Below, piece after piece: positions 46,901-50,690 of a stretch of DNA of 50,690 bases; position 1 is the first letter of the stretch, and each line of letters starts with the position of its first letter. Origin of the DNA: Candidatus Saccharimonadales bacterium (GTDB taxonomy: Bacteria > Patescibacteriota > Saccharimonadia > Saccharimonadales > JAGPDM01); NCBI GenBank assembly GCA_044227985.1, contig JBGAVT010000005.1, forward strand, positions 1-50,690, in the 5' to 3' direction. The notes beneath the pieces were generated by a model. The model was not told where the DNA came from. It was given only the letters and a program-made list of their open reading frames with translations, and did not search any database. A program made the position numbers and the translations under genes.

Positions 46901-47842
46901 GACATAGCTTCGGAATGCAATCAGAGCGAATGGAATTGTGATTACACCAATTATAGTGAAGGCGACACCTGCTGGCTTAAGCTTTTTATAGCGAATGAAC
47001 AGGACTAAACCCGACAGATAAAATATCAGACCAAAAATTGCTACCACAATGACTTTTTGCCAACCGCTTAATGCTGCAAAACTAGAAATAACAAAAATAA
47101 TAACTGTCAAGATAACTAAGAATGCTCCTGTGAATAATAGGATGTTTATATTTCTAAGTAACTCAAATGGGTTAACTTTTTCTCGTGGCACCGCAGCTAT
47201 TTGGGGTGTAGCTACAGCTGGGATAACTGCTTGCTGAAGGGTTTTAGCCTGCGGTACTTGTTCGGTTACCATACTACTCGATCTCGCGACATAGTCGCTA
47301 TCATTCGGCTCGGTAATGGGACGGAACAATGGATCACGTCTCTGTTCGATCGAGTTTGCCAACTCAAGTAAGAAGAATTTTATGTATGATTTTTCTGCTG
47401 TTGAAGCATAGTAACGCAAACCTGAAATAATTTTTTTCGCGGGTATAAAATCAGCTTTATCGATTAAATGTTGATTTGGTATATTCAATGGTGATTTAGA
47501 TTCGTGAAGCATATATATATTTAAATTTGGATCACGTTGCTCAACAATGCTATTAGCAATCTCAGTCAAAGCCCCCCGATAAGATTGAAAGCTTGCCTGC
47601 TTGGCATAATAGTAAATTCCCGAAACAATTCTGGATGGCTCATTTCGATTACTGTTTGAAGAAAGTTGTACATGTGTAGCATTCACGGATATTTGAGTCT
47701 GTACCTGTTTTTTTGATTCAGTAGATGTCTCAACAATAGTTTTCCGGTTGCTAAGTTCGCTATGTGCCTGCACTCTACCGTCACGCTTCCCCAAGTAGTA
47801 AGCGAGTATAGCAATACCTGCTACTATTAATATTCCTACCAT
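43931..47842 (-). CDS. Very large polytopic membrane protein (DUF2157-like) with internal duplications
   Basis: 1303 aa, about 30 or more hydrophobic segments, NILLFTGAFLV start of the TM region. Confidence 0.8.
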   Translation of the reverse strand: MVGILIVAGIAILAYYLGKRDGRVQAHSELSNRKTIVETSTESKKQVQTQISVNATHVQLSSNSNRNEPSRIVSGIYYYAKQASFQSYRGALTEIANSIVEQRDPNLNIYMLHESKSPLNIPNQHLIDKADFIPAKKIISGLRYYASTAEKSYIKFFLLELANSIEQRRDPLFRPITEPNDSDYVARSSSMVTEQVPQAKTLQQAVIPAVATPQIAAVPREKVNPFELLRNINILLFTGAFLVILTVIIFVISSFAALSGWQKVIVVAIFGLIFYLSGLVLFIRYKKLKPAGVAFTIIGVITIPFALIAFRSYVATDISLSSLWLLLSLSMVAISFLTGFVTKWKSMKFIGLTSLAISALSSVILLPIGIPIGFFTFYILAILYEFGSRYIKSLKDPLHILSLLIFITTTFANIFGLFYFEVYQVGISLLLGVIYLLTWWFVHPGQNEMQKEANIFTAVFLSWLSVGTFIFEFNDNFLMTSQLLFGLSVFISSSSMFSKFAREKSKFIFSSLYLSGVATGVISTVAQLSDSRSLAISLIVLCALYLVHSVIRQSQVLIYSSLSIFLLFLVDSVYAANVVPPKTNLTVFFTVCLLLTAIVLAVARLTINVRSPSEFRIKVQRALLVCAWAYLIISYITSMFSQSASIFFVASSVLSLALLWRVVRHKQSPLLVISAITMTLAWMIFGSFGPSWIRQININYILLSLGFLRLLSGRLYHQKPAQLYAAVIGIGTLLLNYLVSHIFYTLSSNGWIPIWSLLALVAGLFYASWQYRDLWFFYGFGMAFSYPALLIFLNKITISPLTFEQSTLSVVALSIFFTVIGVIQNAMFASRIGLISRYGSMIPLLIMLIFPNNFAVIFGIIILALQLFLESYLSVFKARLNIRLLAIGFLIFALSRIFWQFDVRELQAYVALWVIYSFGVAVVMEQKQRKSSSVVWQIIGLLILLPILLVQSFMYQFDWHAWLLLSEVAGLIVAGKVIPNRTVGWGRGYALIGCSVIGIYMLSQSFSTSWSLPITAIFTTLALFMTGWLYIMKHTFFSVGMALGYFTAISVVSKLLDHSITLNQFTIIVMMTSLFYSAIGWLASFIGKNPVSRIFRLGAIIPLSFFVFFPVSWAIIAATISLSIMIFLEGLSGGYQNKLDIKLLAIAGMFYSLTRTFIQLDITEFQVYAVSWSVYSLIVVITMERVKRLQASNLWQAIGLVVLTVPLFYQTLINPLDWHVLMLFVESVGLVMLGASLRRDIFWRWGISVLVLQSLYQFGGAIFAIPRILLGFIVGISLLGAGIYFLWRRNDDEPGDNGSTLAS

Positions 47843-47878
47843 ATTACTTGGAAGTATAGCATAAGCAACTTATAATTT

Positions 47879-50029
47879 TTAGATTTTTTCCAGAGGTGCA
47901 AATGCCATATTAAGACTCTTGCGTCCTCCCTTCGCGAATGAAACAGTTGCCATCATCTCATCAACTTCAATGATTACGCCAATCCCAAAAACAGGATGGC
48001 GGACTCGTTGACCTTCGCTAACTTCGATCTTCGGAACATCGACAAACTCTTCTCTAGAGATTGAAGGCGCACCAAAGCTCTGAACACTCTTATCGGTATA
48101 GCTTTCATCTATCTCTGCCAAGAATCGGCTAGGTGGGTTGGACTGCGTGCTGCCAAACAGCATTCTGCTTGTAGCGTGTAGCATATACAGCTCTTCGCGG
48201 GCTCTAGTCATTCCAACGTAACATAACCGCCTTTCTTCCTCCAATTGAGCATGGTCAAGGAAACTATTACTGTGTGGAAATATTCCTTCTTCCAATCCAA
48301 TCATAAATACTACTGGGAACTCGAGACCTTTGGCGGCGTGCATTGTCATAAGCGTCACGGCTGATACGGATTCATCATAACCATCTATATCCGAAATCAA
48401 CGAAACCTCTTCCAGGAACCCAGCTAGACCAAGCTCGGCCTGCTGTTCAGCTACAGAAATTAATTCTTTGACATTATCCTGTCTGTCTTCAGCCTGTGGA
48501 CTCCCATCGTCTAAGAAACGCTCGTAATTAGTTCGTGCTAAGACCGCCCGAATTAATTCCGCTACACTCGCTCCTTCAAAGTAAAGATCACGAAGTTGTG
48601 ACAGCATCATCGAAACATTTTTAATCCCTTTTTTAGCCTGCGGGCTAACACCTGAAATCATCTCAACCTGCGCCATTAATTCCGGTAGTTGGGCTGAGCC
48701 AGTAAGAGACAATTGGCCATCTCCATCTACTGCAAGCTTATCCAAAAAGCTCTGTAGTGACTTAGCCCCAACTCCCCGTGGCGGCGTATTAATAATTCGA
48801 TTGAAGCTAACGATATCGTTTGGCTGGAATATTAAGCGCAGATAAGCGATCACATCTTTTATTTCTTTACGATCATAAAACCGTGTGCCTCCGACGATTC
48901 GATACGGGATATTGTAACGGATAAAACTTTCTTCTAATACTCTTGACTGTGCGTTTGTTCGATACAAGATGGCAGCATCTCTCATCGTTCTACCTCTTGC
49001 TTTAAATGTCTTCAAAACGCTTATAATCCGTTCCGCTTCATCCTTCTCAGTAAAAGTTTGGATAATAGAAATAGGCTGGCCGTCGTCATTCTCGGTTCTC
49101 ATAATCTTTTCTGAACGTTTAGTATTTTTTTCAATAACTTTAGAAGCACCATTTACAATGGCTTTGGTTGATCGGTAATTTTGTTCGAGTTTTATAGTGA
49201 TAACATTTGGATAATCACGATGAAAATTAAGAATATTTCGAAAATCAGCACCACGCCATGAATAGATACTCTGCCAATCATCACCGACTACGCACAAGTT
49301 TTGGTGATCTGCTGCAAGTATTTTTGCCAATGTATATTGTGAATTATTAGTGTCTTGATACTCATCAATCAAAATGTAGCGAAATTGTTGTTGCCATTTT
49401 TTGCGAACTGTTTCATCGCGTTGGAACATATGCACTGTCTTCATGAGTAAATCGTCAAAATCTAAAGCCTTGGCTTCACTTAATAACTTTTGATATCGAG
49501 GATAGACCTCAGCAGCAATCTTTTGGGCTTGTCCATTAGCAGTTCCCGCATATTCTTCGGCAGTAATCAGTTGGTTTTTAGCCCCACTTATCAGTCCAGC
49601 GATTCGACGAGGATTATACTGCTTTGGATCAATTTTTAATTGTTTCATTACTTGCTTAACAGCGCCACGAGAATCATCCGAATCGAAAATAATAAACGAC
49701 TTGGGGATACCGATGGACTCACCATCAATCCGTACAAGTCGTACACAAATACCGTGAAATGTGCCCATAAACGGCATAAAGTTTCTTCCTGGATTCTGTA
49801 CTGCTAGTAATTCAGCGATTCGGCTACGCATTTCCTTCGCAGCTTTGTTGGTAAAAGTTACAGCCAAGATTTGCTCTGGTTCAGCTTTTTTTTCTGCAAT
49901 TATGTTCGCAATTCGGTGAACTAAAGTCTTGGTCTTGCCTGAACCAGCCCCAGCTAATACTAGAAGTGGTCCATCAGTTGTCTCGACCGCCCTCGACTGA
50001 GCGTCATTTAATCCTTGAAGTAAATCCAT
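47879..50029 (-). CDS. pcrA: ATP-dependent DNA helicase PcrA/UvrD
   Basis: AGAGSGKT, TFTNKAA, DEYQDTN, VGDDWQSIY, HAAKGLEF, EERRLCYVGMTRA and a C-terminal Tudor-like domain. Confidence 0.97.
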   Translation of the reverse strand: MDLLQGLNDAQSRAVETTDGPLLVLAGAGSGKTKTLVHRIANIIAEKKAEPEQILAVTFTNKAAKEMRSRIAELLAVQNPGRNFMPFMGTFHGICVRLVRIDGESIGIPKSFIIFDSDDSRGAVKQVMKQLKIDPKQYNPRRIAGLISGAKNQLITAEEYAGTANGQAQKIAAEVYPRYQKLLSEAKALDFDDLLMKTVHMFQRDETVRKKWQQQFRYILIDEYQDTNNSQYTLAKILAADHQNLCVVGDDWQSIYSWRGADFRNILNFHRDYPNVITIKLEQNYRSTKAIVNGASKVIEKNTKRSEKIMRTENDDGQPISIIQTFTEKDEAERIISVLKTFKARGRTMRDAAILYRTNAQSRVLEESFIRYNIPYRIVGGTRFYDRKEIKDVIAYLRLIFQPNDIVSFNRIINTPPRGVGAKSLQSFLDKLAVDGDGQLSLTGSAQLPELMAQVEMISGVSPQAKKGIKNVSMMLSQLRDLYFEGASVAELIRAVLARTNYERFLDDGSPQAEDRQDNVKELISVAEQQAELGLAGFLEEVSLISDIDGYDESVSAVTLMTMHAAKGLEFPVVFMIGLEEGIFPHSNSFLDHAQLEEERRLCYVGMTRAREELYMLHATSRMLFGSTQSNPPSRFLAEIDESYTDKSVQSFGAPSISREEFVDVPKIEVSEGQRVRHPVFGIGVIIEVDEMMATVSFAKGGRKSLNMAFAPLEKI

Positions 50030-50117
50030 AGCTTATTAGTATAGAACATTTGCTACTTTCTTCTAAATAAACCGGCTATGCTTTTGTTGTAATTTATATA
50101 TATGGAAATAATTTAGT

Positions 50118-50624
50118 TCACAACATAAAATATGCAAAAAGTCCGAGAAAGACTACTGTAACTGTAGCTACAACTAGGCCAATGATAGCCGCAGTTGGAA
50201 CCGATTTAGTACTCTTGCGTCGGTAAGTTTTATCTAATTTTTTGGCCTCTTTGGATATAGGGATATGCCATTCACCGGTATCGATGACAGCAGCAGAGTC
50301 GCCTAGTTCAAGATTTTCTTGATCACTATTAATTGGCTTATTAATAACTTCTTTTGCTGACTCTACCGAGTTACTAGTAGTGATATTTGTTTTATCTTCG
50401 GAGTCTTGCGTTTTATTGCTATCCATTGGAGTAGCATTAGATGGATTCTGGATTGTCTTATTTGGCTCACTATCTGATTCTGCAGCAATAGGTCCAGATA
50501 TATTTGGAATAATCTTTTTAGTATGCTGGCCATATCGATTCGATTTTTGAGCCTGCTTATCATGACTAAATGGCGCTCCAGAAACTGTCTCTTCTTGGTT
50601 ATCGTCGTTAGTTGGGTTATCCAT
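50118..50624 (-). CDS. Hypothetical protein, disordered, with a C-terminal TM anchor
   Basis: Polar low-complexity sequence, a basic patch and a terminal hydrophobic helix. Confidence 0.65.
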   Translation of the reverse strand: MDNPTNDDNQEETVSGAPFSHDKQAQKSNRYGQHTKKIIPNISGPIAAESDSEPNKTIQNPSNATPMDSNKTQDSEDKTNITTSNSVESAKEVINKPINSDQENLELGDSAAVIDTGEWHIPISKEAKKLDKTYRRKSTKSVPTAAIIGLVVATVTVVFLGLFAYFML

Positions 50625-50690
50625 GTCTAGTTTTCAGGTAAATTATGCGCTTTTTCAATCATAGCAACAAATTGATCAACTTTGAGACTG

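Noticed and set aside
1-50690. Alternative genetic code (UGA=Gly, as in Gracilibacteria/Absconditabacteria)
   Set aside because: Conserved genes are full length under the standard code, and TGA ends genes at expected positions (SGNH hydrolase, mltG, ruvX).

Overview
Core-chromosome segment of a small-genome bacterium, most likely Patescibacteria (CPR) and probably Saccharibacteria. This placement is inferred from gene content: the FtsA-like/baseplate-J-like/RuvX/MltG block, the secG-OppA pair, a short AlaRS, an RpfB-like protein and dense packing. The standard genetic code is used (TGA is a stop). About 48 CDS, mostly on the minus strand: DNA repair (uvrA, uvrC, pcrA, rarA, sbcB, tatD), translation and RNA modification (alaS, metG, mnmA, iscS, trhO, rsmA, obg, ruvX), cell envelope (mltG, LysM-CHAP, RpfB-like, pgeF, YdcF, DedA) and several orphans. 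The left ~2.3 kb looks accessory. I found no rRNA, full tRNA, CRISPR array or transposase. The most notable signals are non-coding: (1) a 37-nt tRNA-Ala-like minihelix (G3.U70, A73, CCA) with a candidate promoter, between pgeF and rsmA; (2) a GC-rich element forming a gapless four-way junction next to a partial dif-like motif; (3) a ~190-nt structured leader with a probable ATT start on the LysM-CHAP hydrolase; (4) widespread leaderless promoter geometry. All base pairings were read by hand. No searches or folding programs were run.
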